64,000 bases of DNA from Thraustochytrium aureum (lineage: Eukaryota). The stretch covers positions 1-64,000 of the forward strand of contig BLSG01000454.1 in NCBI GenBank assembly GCA_012862495.1. Direction: 5' to 3'. Shown here piece by piece: positions 32,974 to 45,100 of this stretch; the stretch's first letter is position 1, and each line of letters begins with the position of its first letter. A program made the translations under genes and the position numbers. The notes beneath the pieces are model-generated. The model did not search any database. It was given only the letters and a program-made list of their open reading frames with translations, and was not told the DNA's origin.

Positions 32974-33862
32974 ATGTCGTCGATCATGGACAAGTATGTC
33001 AAGGTGGAGAAGCCCGTTGGGGAAGGCACCTACGGGTTCGTGTACAAGGCCAGGTGCAAGGAGACCGGCGAGGTGGTCGCGCTGAAAAAGATCAAGCTCG
33101 AGATGGAGGACGAAGGCGTGCCGAGCACGGCGCTGCGCGAGATCTCGCTCCTCAAGGAACTCGATCACCCCAACATCGTGCGGCTGTTTGACGTCGAGCA
33201 CTCGCAGGCGCCCAACCGGGCTTTACCTGGTGTTCGAGTGGCTCGACCAGGACCTGCGCAAGCACATGGACAATCTGAACGGGCCCATGTCGGATGGCCT
33301 CATCCGCTCGTACATGTCGCAGATGCTGCTGGGCTTGGAGTACTGCCACTCGCACGGAATCTTCCACCGCGACCTCAAGCCCCAAAACCTCCTCATCGAC
33401 CGGGCTGGGACCCTCAAGATCGCAGACTTTGGCCTCGCGCGCGCCTTCTCGCTCCCCTTTCGCACCTACACACACGAAGTCGTCACGCTCTGGTACCGCG
33501 CCCCTGAAATCCTCATGGGCCAGCGCCGCTACGGCCTGCCCGTCGACATGTGGTCCGTGGGCACCATCTTCGCCGAGATGGCCAACCGCCGCCCGCTCTG
33601 GCCCGGCGAGTGCGAGATCGACGAGCTCTTCCGCATCTTCCGCTCGCTCGGCACGCCCAACGACCGCATCTGGCCCGGCGTCTCCTCGCTGCCCGACTTT
33701 CAGACCGTCTTTCCGCTTTGGCACCCACAGCCGCTCGCCAAGGACGTGCCCAAGCTCGACCCCGTCGGCGTGCAGCTCTTGGGCGAGATGCTCAAGTACG
33801 ACCCCTCAACGCGCATCTCGGCGCGGGCGGCGCTCCGCCACGACTACTTCAAAGACATGTAA
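32974..33862 (+). CDS. Cyclin-dependent kinase, CDK1/CDKA2-like (PSTALRE), one apparent frameshift
   Basis: [56 protein letters not shown]. An extra G near 33220 splits the ORF. Confidence 0.93.
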
Positions 33863-34005
33863 ACACTACACAGACAGAGGCATCACTGCTCATGAAAAGC
33901 GCGCTACCTACCACACCACGAAACGTCGCGAACGCAGGCTGGCCGTGGCACACGTACGTGCGTTGAAATCTTGCGTCCCGCGTGCACGCCGCGCGCGTTG
34001 TTTGT

Positions 34006-35770
34006 TCACTCCTCCTCCAGCACGGCCGTGGCCTGCTGCCTGAGCCGATATACAAGTTCGAGCTGCGCAGCATACAGCTCGGGGTCGACCACGCTGCCAG
34101 AGAANNNNNNNNNNNNNNNNNNNNNNNNNNNNNNNNNNNNNNNNNNNNNNNNNNNNNNNNNNNNNNNNNNNNNNNNNNNNNNNNNNNNNNNNNNNNNNNN
34201 NNNNNNNNNNNNNNNNNNNNNNNNNNNNNNNNNNNNNNNNNNNNNNNNNNNNNNNNNNNNNNNNNNNNNNNNNNNNNNNNTCCAAAGCCTCAACCTCGTC
34301 CAAACATGGCTTGAACAACTTGGCGAAACCCTGCTCCACCATCACGGCCTGCTCAACGCGGTCCATGACGGCGTCCTTGCTCGGGTCGGCCTTCGCGGCT
34401 TCCTCAAACTCTCTAGCCCACTTTATCTGCGAGGTTGACACGTTGCACCACACGAAGGAGCGCGGGTTGAGATATCGCAGCGCGTCGGGGGCGCCCCAGT
34501 AGATCGGCACCGCGCCGGCCAGCTTGACGCTGGCAACCTTCTCCGTTATGTACCCCGGGACCTGCGAGTTCTCAAACGCGATGCCAAAGCGGAAGTTTGA
34601 CAACACCTCAACCGCTTTGCCGACAGGCCGCTTTCCGACAAGGTTCGAGTCTGCCGAGACCCGAAACACGGGCTTGTGCCTTCGCGCCGTGCGCGGCTGG
34701 CAGTTGCCCACCGCATCCGGGCCACCTGGCCCTCCAGCGAATCGCTCTGCCATCAAGTTGAAAAAGAAGGCGCGCAGCGAGGCAGACCGCACCCGGTTGC
34801 TGCAGTAGCTCGCCAAGAAACCGGCAAAGCGCCGCTGCTCGGCCGGCGGCTCTGCCGTGCTGGACTCCACGAGCGCCCGTGTGCTCGTGCCCTCCCGGTT
34901 CGCAAAGCTCATGTACAAGTACGGCACGTGCACGACGACCACGTTTCGTGGGACCAAGCTGTCGTGGTGCTTGCACTCGGCGGCGACGTCCACGCCCCGC
35001 GCTGGGCTCGTGGCCCAGGGCTCCATGTGGTAACGCACGATGAAAGGCCGAGCGACGGGCCGTCCGGATCCATCAACCACATACTCTGCCCAGTGTGGAA
35101 CTCGAAACCCCGCAGCGCCAGTGCTCCGCCACGACTTGGTCGTCGTCAAGCCGCCTGTCCCGTGCCACCTTCCGCCCTCCACCGGGAGCTTAAATTTACC
35201 GAGCCTGTATCCGGGCTTCGACAGCAGCCGCCTCACCACCTCGGTCGTCCCGCGCTCGCACACAAGCACGTCGACGGTGGCCTCATCCCCATCCATACGC
35301 ACAACGCGCAGCTTCGCAGACCGCCCGAGGCGTCTCGCCAGCGCCGGCCCGACCTCACGAGCGAACAAGCTCAGGTTGTCGCCTGGGCAGTAGCCCACGA
35401 CGAGGGTCCTGGGGTCCTGCGCGTCGTCCCGGAATCCATCGTCTTGGAGCCCGCCGTTGTCCTGGAGATTGACGTTGTCCTGGAGATTGACGTTGTCCTG
35501 GAGATTGACTTTGTCCTGGAGGTCCTGGAGGTCCTGGAGGTGCTCCTCCGCGACGCCAGCGTCCCGCAGCCGCGCGAGGTCGACTCGGACCTCCGCGCCA
35601 GGCGACACGGATATCGACGGATGTATCCGCTGCAAGGCAGGCCTGCGCGACGCGCGACTGCCATGCTCGTGCCGCGACAGCAGCGCGCTCCAGCGGAAGA
35701 GGACCGCGTTGGCGAGCAGGAAGAGCGCCCCGGCGAGGGCCGTCCAGGCGCGCAGCTCGCGAGGCCGCAT
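34006..35770 (-). CDS. Glycosyltransferase family 10 (alpha-1,3/4-fucosyltransferase-like), type II membrane protein, internal gap
   Basis: N-terminal TM (WTALAGALFLLANAVLFRW) and GT10 motif FRFGIAFENSQVPGYITEKV..AGAVPIYWGAP. The C-terminus after the gap is tentative. Confidence 0.85.
35455..35540 (-). repeat. 9/18-bp coding repeats (LQD / VNLQDN) in the GT10 stem
   Basis: gtcctggagattgacgtt units and gtcctggag units. Confidence 0.8.
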
Positions 35771-36372
35771 CGCGGCAGCGCCCTCGGGGCCCAGCCGAGC
35801 GCGCGTCCGACGGACTGCGATGGGAGGCCCTTGCCGTCCTGCGCGTGGAGAGTTGAAGGTCTGGCAGGCAGAGCTGGAAAGGGCACGAGGACCAGCTCCC
35901 CGCGCCACGCAAGATGGGCCAGGTGCTTGACTGCTNNNNNNNNNNNNNNNNNNNNNNNNNNNNNNNNNNNNNNNNNNNNNNNNNNNNNNNNNNNNNNNNN
36001 NNNNNNNNNNNNNNNNNNNNNNNNNNNNNNNNNNNNNNNNNNNNNNNNNNNNNNNNNNNNNNNNNNNNNNNNNNNNNNNNNNNNNNNNNNNNNNNNNNNN
36101 NNNNNNNNNNNNNNNNNNNNNNNNNNNNNNNNNNNNNNNNNNNNNNNNNNNNNNNNNNNNNNNNNNNNNNNNNNNNNNNNNNNNNNNNNNNNNNNNNNNN
36201 NNNNNNNNNNNNNNNNNNNNNNNNNNNNGCCAGCTGCCGCTTCCTGCTGGCTTTCACGCACGGGCTCGTCCTGGGCCAGGCGGGGTCTTTGCGGCGCGGG
36301 CGAGACGCCGTTGGGTGCTTGAAGCTGACGAGCCGCCGGACGGTTTGGCGTCTTTCGGACGCAATCGCGCAG

Positions 36373-37209
36373 CCAGTCGGAGGAGCCCAAACCGAGCACG
36401 GTCGACGAAGCAGGATTCGGTACGTACTCTGCCAACGCGATGCAGGGAATTAGTGCATGCGCGCGCCACGGCTTGCTTTCGGCGCGCTGACTTTCCGCTG
36501 GGCTGGCGCAATCAGACGACAAGGCCAAAGGCGCCAACGTGACACTCGGCGACGACGGCCGCCACATCGCTGGCCAGGGCATCGCCATCTGCAATGCCGC
36601 CCTTCACCAGGACCGCTGCTACTTTGAGTTCACCGTGAAAAAGCTCCCGAGCGAGACCGCGCTCTTCGCCATCGGCGTCTGTCACCGCAAGCCAGAGGTG
36701 GTGGCCAAGGAGACGTTTGGCGACCTCGAGCATAGCTGGGCGTTCAACTCGAACCAGAGCACCGAGCAGTTCCAGGAGGGCGATGTCATCGGTTGCTTGT
36801 TCGACCAGAGCTCGGGGCGGCCTCAGCTTGCCTTACAGCGCAACGGGTCGGCGCTTCCACCCGGGACAGAGGTCAAGGGCTTCCGAGGTGTGGTGCATCC
36901 CGGCGTCAGTGAGTTGATTTGCCAGCGCTGGTCTTGCCACGCAGCCAGCGTCGCGTGGTCGTCAAAATGATATGCGCTAACGCTGAGATTTCTTTTCCGC
37001 TGCGCCAGTGGTGAGCGGAGGCTGTGAACTGCAATGTAAGTTTTGGCGGCCTGTCGGATGCCGCTCTAAAGCAGCAGCAAGTCGGCGATGTTTCTCGGGG
37101 CTCACCGTCAATTTTGTGCGCAGGCAACTTCTCAATCGAGGCGTCTGGTTTCGCACACGCGCCCCCGCCCGGGTTCACAGGGCTAATCCCGTCGCGCAGT
37201 CTTGTTTGA
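36373..37209 (+). CDS. SPRYD7: SPRY domain-containing protein 7-like, spliced (first exon probably in gap)
   Basis: GT-AG introns 36420-36515, 36909-37008 and 37036-37123 join to give ...GFDDKAKGANVTLGDDGRHIAGQGIAICNAALHQDRCYFEF...QEGDVIG...GFRGVVHPGVMVSGGCELQCNF...HAPPPGFTGLIPSRSLV. Confidence 0.85.
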
Positions 37210-37582
37210 TCCGCTCACGCGGCATAGATCCTCCCGCAGGGCTAATCGAAGCACGCGTTTTACTTTTTGTCCTGGAACACTGCCAGTGATGGGCGGGCCA
37301 TGGCCTTCGTTTGTACCTTTCCGAGACATTCACTCGAGTTGTTTCCATCTCCTTCTCCGAACTGCGCAGAGCGGCGGTCTGGCCACATCGTTTCATCCAC
37401 GCCTTGTGCCTCTCCCACTCACGCGGGCGCCCACCGGCCTTCGCTGCGCCAGCCACCATCGCGACCACCATTTGCCTCGCTTTTACTGGCCCAGCGCGGC
37501 ACCAAGAACGGCAGTAAATCCCCACCTGCCAAGTCAGCAACAAAGGCGGAGTGCTCTTCGCTCGGGCGTGTTGGCGGCTTGG

Positions 37583-37652
37583 CGCCGCGTGACGCATAAA
37601 ACCACTTCGCGCAGTCCCGCCGCGTGACGCATAAAACCACTTCGCGCAGTCC
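37583..37652. repeat. Perfect 35-bp tandem duplication
   Basis: cgccgcgtgacgcataaaaccacttcgcgcagtcc at 37583 and 37618. Confidence 0.85.
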
Positions 37653-38028
37653 AACTTGAAAAAAAAACACTGGGATGGATTTACTCGGTGGGTAGAGTAC
37701 CTTAGGATACTCTCGGCTAACGAAAGGTTGAGTGAACACGAAGCAGGCTGGCGCCAAAGCGCGGCCGAGCAGCGCCGCACACGTCGCGAATCNNNNNNNN
37801 NNNNNNNNNNNNNNNNNNNNNNNNNNNNNNNNNNNNNNNNNNNNNNNNNNNNNNNNNNNNNNNNNNNNNNNNNNNNNNNNNNNNNNNNNNNNNNNNNNNN
37901 NNNNNNNNNNNNNNNNNNNNNNNNNNNNNNNNNNNNNNNNNNNNNNNNNNNNNNNNNNNNNNNNNNNNNNNNNNNNNNNNNNNNNNNNNNNNNNNNNNNN
38001 NNNNNNNNNNNNNNNNNNNNNNNNNNNN

Positions 38029-40625
38029 CCAGGCGCCTGCCGAGGCCATCATCGACTCGTCGACATACTTTTCGTCCTCTTCGTGGCGGTCGTCACAGTC
38101 TTCAAAGTTGTTTGCGTCCAATCCGCTCTCCGGAACCCTGGGGCGGAAGCTCTCGTCGAGCTGGAAGGTGCGGTTCGTGATGCCATCCCAATCGATCGCA
38201 AACGGGTACGCCTTCGTCTTGGCAAAGAACGGGTGCTGCTTGACGTGGGTCGCGTTCGCCTTGCGCGTTCCGTACCGCTTGGCGTGGTTTGGGTGCATGA
38301 GCCGCAGGAGAAGGTCGCAGAGATCCTCGTCAAAGATACTCGGGAACTGAATGCATGGGTAATAGCGCTCGTACTTGGAGATCTCGATGTAGCAGTCCCA
38401 ACTGTTCTGGGAGACGACGTGAAAGGGCGAGAACCCGGAAGCCATCTCGTAGACGATGACACCAAGCGACCACCAGTCGACTCCCTTCGAGTGGCCCGAG
38501 CGCTTGTAGACCTCTGGCGCCGTGTACTCGGGCGTTCCGCACAGCGAGTAAGTGCGCTGGTCGTGAATCATCTTGGCAAAGCCAAAGTCCGCCAGCTTGA
38601 GATAGCCGTTCTCGTTGAGCAAGAGGTTCTCTGGCTTGATGTCGCGGTGGATGATCCCCTTGGAGTGCAGATACTCGATGGAGAGGACGATGCAGGCCGT
38701 GTAGAAGCGGCACTGCGAGGCCAGCTCAAAGCAGCCGCACACCACATCGTCGCTGTCTGCCCGCTGGTTTCGCGCATCGACCGTGTCCTTCATGAGCGAG
38801 TAGAGCTCGCCTCCAAGGCACACCTCGGTCAGCATGTAGACCGAGTCGCCCTTGTTGAAGGTGCGGATCAAGTTGACGATGAAGGGCGAGCTGGTCACTG
38901 ACAGCAGTTCGCGCTCGTTCTTGACAAAGCGCTGCTGTTTCTTGGCCACGACGGTGGCCTTTCGGATGCGCTTGAGCGCAAACGTGCCTCCTGTCACCTT
39001 GTGGCGCACAAGGTCCACCGTGCCGTACGACCCGCTGCCGAGCGTGCGGATCTTCTGAAGGTCCTCCCACTCGGCCACGACGTGGTTGTCGTCCTTGGCG
39101 GTGTTGCGGTGCTTGAACGTGTCGCCGAGCTTCTGCTTGAGACCGTCCGAGGAAAGTTCTCAAAGTTGGACCGCTTGAGGCCCCACACCTTGGTCTTGCC
39201 TGGGCCCACAGCATACACGTTGCAGCGGCGCGGCGCGTTCGTCAGCAGCGCGCCTTCGCCAAAGTAGTCGCCAGAGATGAGCGTGCCGACACGCTGGGGC
39301 TCGTCCTCTTCGTCCGTGGTCAGGGTGCACTCCAGCGTGCCTTCCTTGACGATGTAAAAGATGTCGCCCATCTCCCCCTGGTGCACAATGTACTCCATCG
39401 GAGCAAACTCGCCCTCCTCCAGCGTGCTGACGAGCACCGACAGCTGCGCGTCGTCAAGGTCCTTTGTGAGGTCCAGGCTCTTGAGGACGCGAAAGCACAA
39501 GTTGTACTCGAACAGCTCGCGCAGCGAGCCCATGTACTCCTGGAACTCGTTGCGGCCAAGCGCCAAGCAACGCACCTCGTCCGAGTTGGCAATCGCCGAG
39601 GCGTTGCGAAGCCCGAATCCTGCGCCCTGCTCCCCGTCGTCGAGGAGAGCGCCCTCGCCGATGTACTCCCCGCGGGTGCGGGTCGCCACGATGCCGGCTT
39701 CTACGCGTGCGCGCTCCTCTGGGCTCATGTCGGGCGTAACCGCTTGCTTGCCGCCGCTCTGCTTGATAACGACCTCGCCCTCCTCGATGAAGAACATGGT
39801 GTGGCCCTGCTCGCCTTGGCGCATCAGGTACTCGCCCTTCGAAAAGGTGATGGGCTTGAGCGCCGCGGCGATGGCCTCGCGCGTCTCCCGGGGCAACTCT
39901 TTCAGCCCCGGGATCTCGGTGATGTTTTCGAGCAGCGAGCCTCCCTTCTCGAGCTTGCGCTTGAGCGCGGCCACGGTGATCTTCTGGTACTGCAGCCGGC
40001 TGATGAGCCAGATCCGGCAGTCGGTGACTGCGTGAAGCGCGGACTCGGTCTCCGCCGGCGCCAGCAAGGCGGCCTGGTTGGCGTACTTGACGGACTCCTC
40101 CCCGAGCTGCATCTCGCCCTCGATCAGCAGCACAAAGTAGGGAAAGGCTTTGCCTTTGGCAAAGATGACCGTGTTGGCCGTGGCGCTCGCTGATGTCATG
40201 CCCGCGAAAATATCGTCCATCACCTCTTCTTCAAAGAGGGGAAAGTTTTCCAGGTTGACGCGCGCTATAGCCTGGTCCTCTTCCGCCTTGGGCCCTTCCG
40301 AGCCCAGCGAGATCGTCGCCGGTACCGCCTCGCCCTGCTCTGGCTGGTTGTCCTGCTCGAGGACGGCGCGAAACCCGGCAAACCCCTTCTTCTTCTCGCG
40401 AAAGCGCTTGATCTCGGCTTCGCGCTTGATCTCTGGCTTGGGCCGCGGAGACTTGGGCTTTGGCTTGGCGGCTGCTTGCTCCGGCTCGGGCACCTTTTGC
40501 TCCTGAACGAGATTGGCCGCCGGACTTGGTGCTGTTGCCGCGACCGCGGGGCGAGCCGCCTCATTTACCTTGGGCGCATCGTGTGCCTCGGCTTGCTTCT
40601 TCGCCTTCGATGCTCCGCCGCCCAT
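38029..40625 (-). CDS. Cyclic-nucleotide-dependent AGC kinase (PKG-like), apparent frameshift near 39150, 3' end at gap
   Basis: Myristoylation-like start MGGGASK; cNMP domains (QGEQGHTMFFIEEGEV..YIGEGALL; QGEMGDIFYIVKEG..YFGEGALLTNAPR); kinase GSGSYG, FALKR, HRDIKPEN, DFGFAK, SLCGTPEYTAPE, DWWSLG. Confidence 0.92.
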
Positions 40626-41564
40626 CGCGCTCCGCCGTCGACGCCTGCTGCGCCAGCGCCCGCTTGCCGGCCGGCTCGCAACGCAAAAAGCTGATGCCTA
40701 CCGCCCTGCGTACCGCCGTTCTTACGCCGTGCTTTCCCCTTGCCCGGTCTCGCGCGAGCCTCTTCGTGGGATGTTCTCGCAGCCAGACGTACGAATGCTT
40801 AATCGACCTGTTCGCACTGCGCTCGACTCGATGCCGCGGCCTGCGCGAGCGCACTTGACGCCAGCAACGACTTGATCTCTGCTTTAGTTGGCCAGCGCCT
40901 GTTTGCCCGCGCCGCGGCGAGAGTGAGGGCCGTTCGATCTCACACTCGCTCTCTCTATCTCTCTATGTCTCTTGCGAAGTAGTCTGGCGCGCCTGCCCTT
41001 GGGAGAGAGATGCATGCGGCTTCGGCGCCGCGCTCTCCTGGCTCAGAGGAAGAGCGACGCTTGGATGTTTCGCAGGCTGGCTGCCGGCCAAAGGGAGGGG
41101 GGGCGCGGCGCTCTTAGCCACCGACGACGGTCGTCGCGGCGCTGGAGAGGGGCCTCGAGAGTGACGCGATTGCAAGCTCGAATCGAATCAACCTTCGCGA
41201 CGAGGGCTTTCTTTCTGGCGGCCTGTGCGTTGAACGAGCGGCGAGTTTCTTGGCTGGCTCCTCTCATGCGCGTCGAGCTGGCAGCGCGGAGTCGAGCGCG
41301 GGCGACTGCGCCAGAGGCGGACGGCGCAATGCGCCACGCGCTTCGGATGAATTGCGGATCGTGGCTGAATCGGAATTCGCGCAGATGAGCAAAGCGATGT
41401 TGGGCCGAGGGAAGACCACCGAACGGGCTGGGCCGCTCAGGGCGCGGGAGGCAGAATTCAGCCAAAAAGCAACAACATCATGATGGGAGACGAGGTCCGC
41501 TTCCCTTGCTGATGAAGCGCTCTCATAGTTTATTCGTTTGGAGTTGAGTGTGCCGCCGCGCCGC

Positions 41565-41606
41565 AACGGCAAGAATTTGGCCGTTGACATCCAACGGATC
41601 TAACGG
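41565..41606. promoter_or_regulatory. Cluster of four AACGG (MSA/MYB-like) motifs
   Basis: AACGG at 41565, 41593 and 41602, and CCGTT at 41581, in AT-richer intergenic DNA. Function is inferred only. Confidence 0.35.
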
Positions 41607-42126
41607 ATCTATAGGTTAAACGACTAGGGTTAGTTAGGGCGGCGCACAGTGGTGAAGAAAAACTCCAACTTGAAGGGCTCACACGGGGTTGAGCGCGGAC
41701 CTGGTTTGCTGATCTCCGATGCTCGTTTGACGAGCTCCGTCCGGCCAACTTGACGAGCCTGTGTCAAGTATCCGTGTCACCAACGTCGCAACGGGATACA
41801 AGAACGAGAATAGATAGCCTTCTGGACGTTGTGCCAATGTAAGTTCATATCCAACCATGGTGATTCCATCCATCCATCCACATCCACCACGGAGGAGACG
41901 CTAAAGACTAGATGCTGCCCCCTTCGGCTGTCTGTGACGGGACATCTCTGCGCGCGACGAAGGCCGCGTGCTGGCGAGCCCCCAGACCAGTAGGAACCGG
42001 TGGGACGAGCGCAAGTCTGAAGATGGCGGCGAGCCTGACGGATGCTGGCCTTTCGCTACTCGGGGTCTGGGCATTGCGTCGCATGCCTCGTGATGCGTAT
42101 TGCTTGCAACGAAAAACGTCGAAGGG

Positions 42127-45100
42127 CTACTCAGTCGAGAGAAGCTTGACGCGAACGATTTCCAGCGTGGAAATGATCTGCTCGAACGATGGCCGCTTCG
42201 CCGGGTTGTCCAGCCAGCAGCTGTTCAATAGCGATTTGAGAGGCGCAGGCACGTCTGCGTTGAGCTTGGGACGCATTTTATTGAAGGCGACCTGACGCAT
42301 TATCGCAGAGGGGCTCATCCCTGGGTAGGGCTCCTGCCACTCGATGATCTCCCAAATGATGATCGCAAAGCTATACACGTCGCTTGGAAAGCCAGACTCC
42401 TCGCCCCGCAGCACCTCAGGGGCCGCCCAGAGTGGGCTGCCCACGCTCGTCATCACCTTGCCTTCCTCCTTGATGCGCGAAAGCCCAAAGTCTGCGACCT
42501 TGGCGTCCCAGTTCTCGGTTAGCAGGATGTTTGGGCTCTTGCCGTCGCGGTGGATGAGCGGTGGGTTCTGCTTGTGCAGGTAGTTAAAGCCCAGAGCCAT
42601 GCCCTCGGTGATCCGCAACAGCATCTCCATGTGCTTGCGCTGGTCCGGCGGCTTGGGCTGCGAGTTGTACACGTAGTACAGGCTCCCGCGTGTGAGGAGC
42701 TCGGTCACGATGATCATCTTTGGCGGCTTGGTCCAGGATCCCATGAAAAGAACAATATTTGGGTGCCGCATCTTGAGCATAAGACGGCACTCTTTGTTGA
42801 ACTCGCGGAGCACCTCCGCGGGCAGGCCCGAGTTGAAAAACTGCTTGACCGCAACGTGAGTGCCGTGCAGCACAGCCTCGTACACCTCGCCGTAGGCACC
42901 GGACCCGATCTTGGGACCCATCTGCAGTTCTTTGGGATCGATAGAAAACTCGCTGGTGTCGTCGAGGTCTTCGCTCAGCTCTTGCACTGGGTCTTTGCTG
43001 ACACGCGGAAAGACGACCTTCTCCTGCCAGCGCTCGCTCGCGTCGCCAAAAATGATCTTGATGATCTCTTCGAGGGCCTCAAGAATCTCCGTAAAGTCGG
43101 GCCGCGCGCTGCGGTCTTCCGCCCAGCACTTGTGCATGAGGGCACAGAGCTGCTCGACCGCCTTTTGCTTGGCGGGGTTGACGAAACCTTGGAGCACAGC
43201 TTTCATGTCGACAAAGTCCGAGGGCCGCTTGCCGCTCAACACCATCAGCGGTATTGCATCTTTGTTCACCGTGGCATAGGGTAGCTTTTGCACGACCATC
43301 TCAAAGATGACAACTCCAAAGGCGTAGACGTCATTCTTCTCGTCGAGAGCCTGGTTTTGGAGCGATTCAGGGGAAGCCCCACCCCAATGGTAGCCGCCGC
43401 CGTTTCTGGCGCCGCCGCTGGGGCCTCCAGGTCGGCGACTTCGTCCCCGCTCTCGTACGCAACGCCGTAGGCGTGATCGTCATCGTCCAGAGCCGGCCCG
43501 CTGCTGCTGTCCTCGTTGGACTCCCTCCGGACATCCTCTAGAACGGTGGCCGAGATGCCGAGCCCGTCCCTGGGGCCCTTCGACTTGACTTCGGCGCGAA
43601 ACTTGCTAAAACCAAAGTCGCAGACCTTGCAGCGCCAGTCGTTGTCAACCAGGAGGTTGAGCGACTTGAGGTCGTTGTGGAGAACGGGCTCGTCGAGCTT
43701 GTGCAGAAAGTTGACTCCGCGCGCCGCGTCAACAAGCATCCGCAAGCGCAGCGAGACGTCCAGCTTCGTGTCGGACTGGTGGAGAATGCCGTAGAGCGAG
43801 CCGCGCGGCATCAGCTCCATGACCATCATCACTGGCGAGAGGCAAGTTCCGATGTACATGACAATGTTGGGGTGGCGGAGCGAGGCCATTAGCGCCGACT
43901 CGGCGCCAAAGTCCATCACGGTCTGCTGCGTCGGAACGCCGTGGATCTTTTTGATGGCCACATCCGTGCCGCGCCACTTGCCGGCGAGGACCTCGCCAAA
44001 ACCGCCAGAGCCAAGCGCCCGCCCGATCGTGAGGTCTTGGTAGCGAATCTCGCAGGAGGGCCCTGCGATGGACGCAGGCCCGCGGGGCGAGCTTGCGCTC
44101 TTGCCGTCCCTGCCCTTGCCGGTGCCATTGGCACTGGGCACCACCTTGGAGCGCCCGAACTCGAACCAGTTGCGGGTCGTCGCGTCAACGCGGACGTCGA
44201 TGTTTTCCGCCGCGAGCCTGCGCGTCAGCCGAAAGTCGCGGCGGAGCCCCAGCTCGGACATGCGAATCGAGTAGGTGAATGCACTGATGCAGGCGAGCAT
44301 GCTCGCGGCGTTGCTCGAGAATCCTTCTTGCTCAGCCAACAAGAAGGCGCTGTACGCGACGACTTCGAGCAGGGCTGCGGTTAGGTAGGACATCCTGCTC
44401 ACCAGAGTCGTGATGAACACGAGTCCGAATATGAGTCCCGAGTCGCAGAAGGCGTCTGAGCCGTCGCTGGAAACAGCGGCTGCCGAACGGAAGACATAAA
44501 CATCAAGCGAAACGACCATGCTGACGCCCCCGACCAAAAGGACGTTGTCGCGCGGGAGAAGCTTTTTGCGCGCGCGCGCGACCTGGACAAGAGCGCGTCC
44601 CAAGCAGCTCTGCGAGAGCGCCGCGGGGATCTCGCGGCTGGAGATGAAGTTGCCGCTAGTTCCTTCTTCGAGCTTGTTCAAAGCGCTTGGCTTGGCGCTG
44701 GCGCCGTCGTCGCTGACGGCATTAAACGCAGCGTTTGCCGTCATGTCGCTCAAGTAGTCCGCGAAACGCGAAATGTAGGCCACGACGCAAAGCAGCACGA
44801 AGACCTCGACCGCAACAAGCACCGATGGGTTTTTCACGTCCTCCCCGGAGAAAAGGCGCTTCAGGTCGTCGATCACAACGCAGTGCGATATTATGATGAG
44901 AGCCCCGTACGTTGCCATCATGGAAAACTGCCGCTTGCTCTCAAAATACACTTGATAGTCTTGCTCCATGGTCGGGTTGTTGAATTGCAGTGTGACCGGG
45001 TTCATCGAAATGTACTTTTTCAAGATGGTGGCGTTCTCCTGCTGGATGCGGCTCAGCTCGACCATATCGCCATCTGGGCCATCCCCGTTTGGCGAGTTTG

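Noticed and set aside
41626..41639. TAGGGTTAGTTAGGG as a telomeric repeat
   Set aside because: Only two imperfect units, in an internal position.
3810..43390. Six frameshifted genes/sites (near 3820, 5890, 31150, 33220, 39150, 43380) as programmed frameshifting or pseudogenes
   Set aside because: Each can be repaired by changing homopolymer run lengths, the shifts go in mixed directions, they share no slippery motif, and the flanking coding sequence is intact. This fits pyrosequencing-type errors. Raw reads would settle it.
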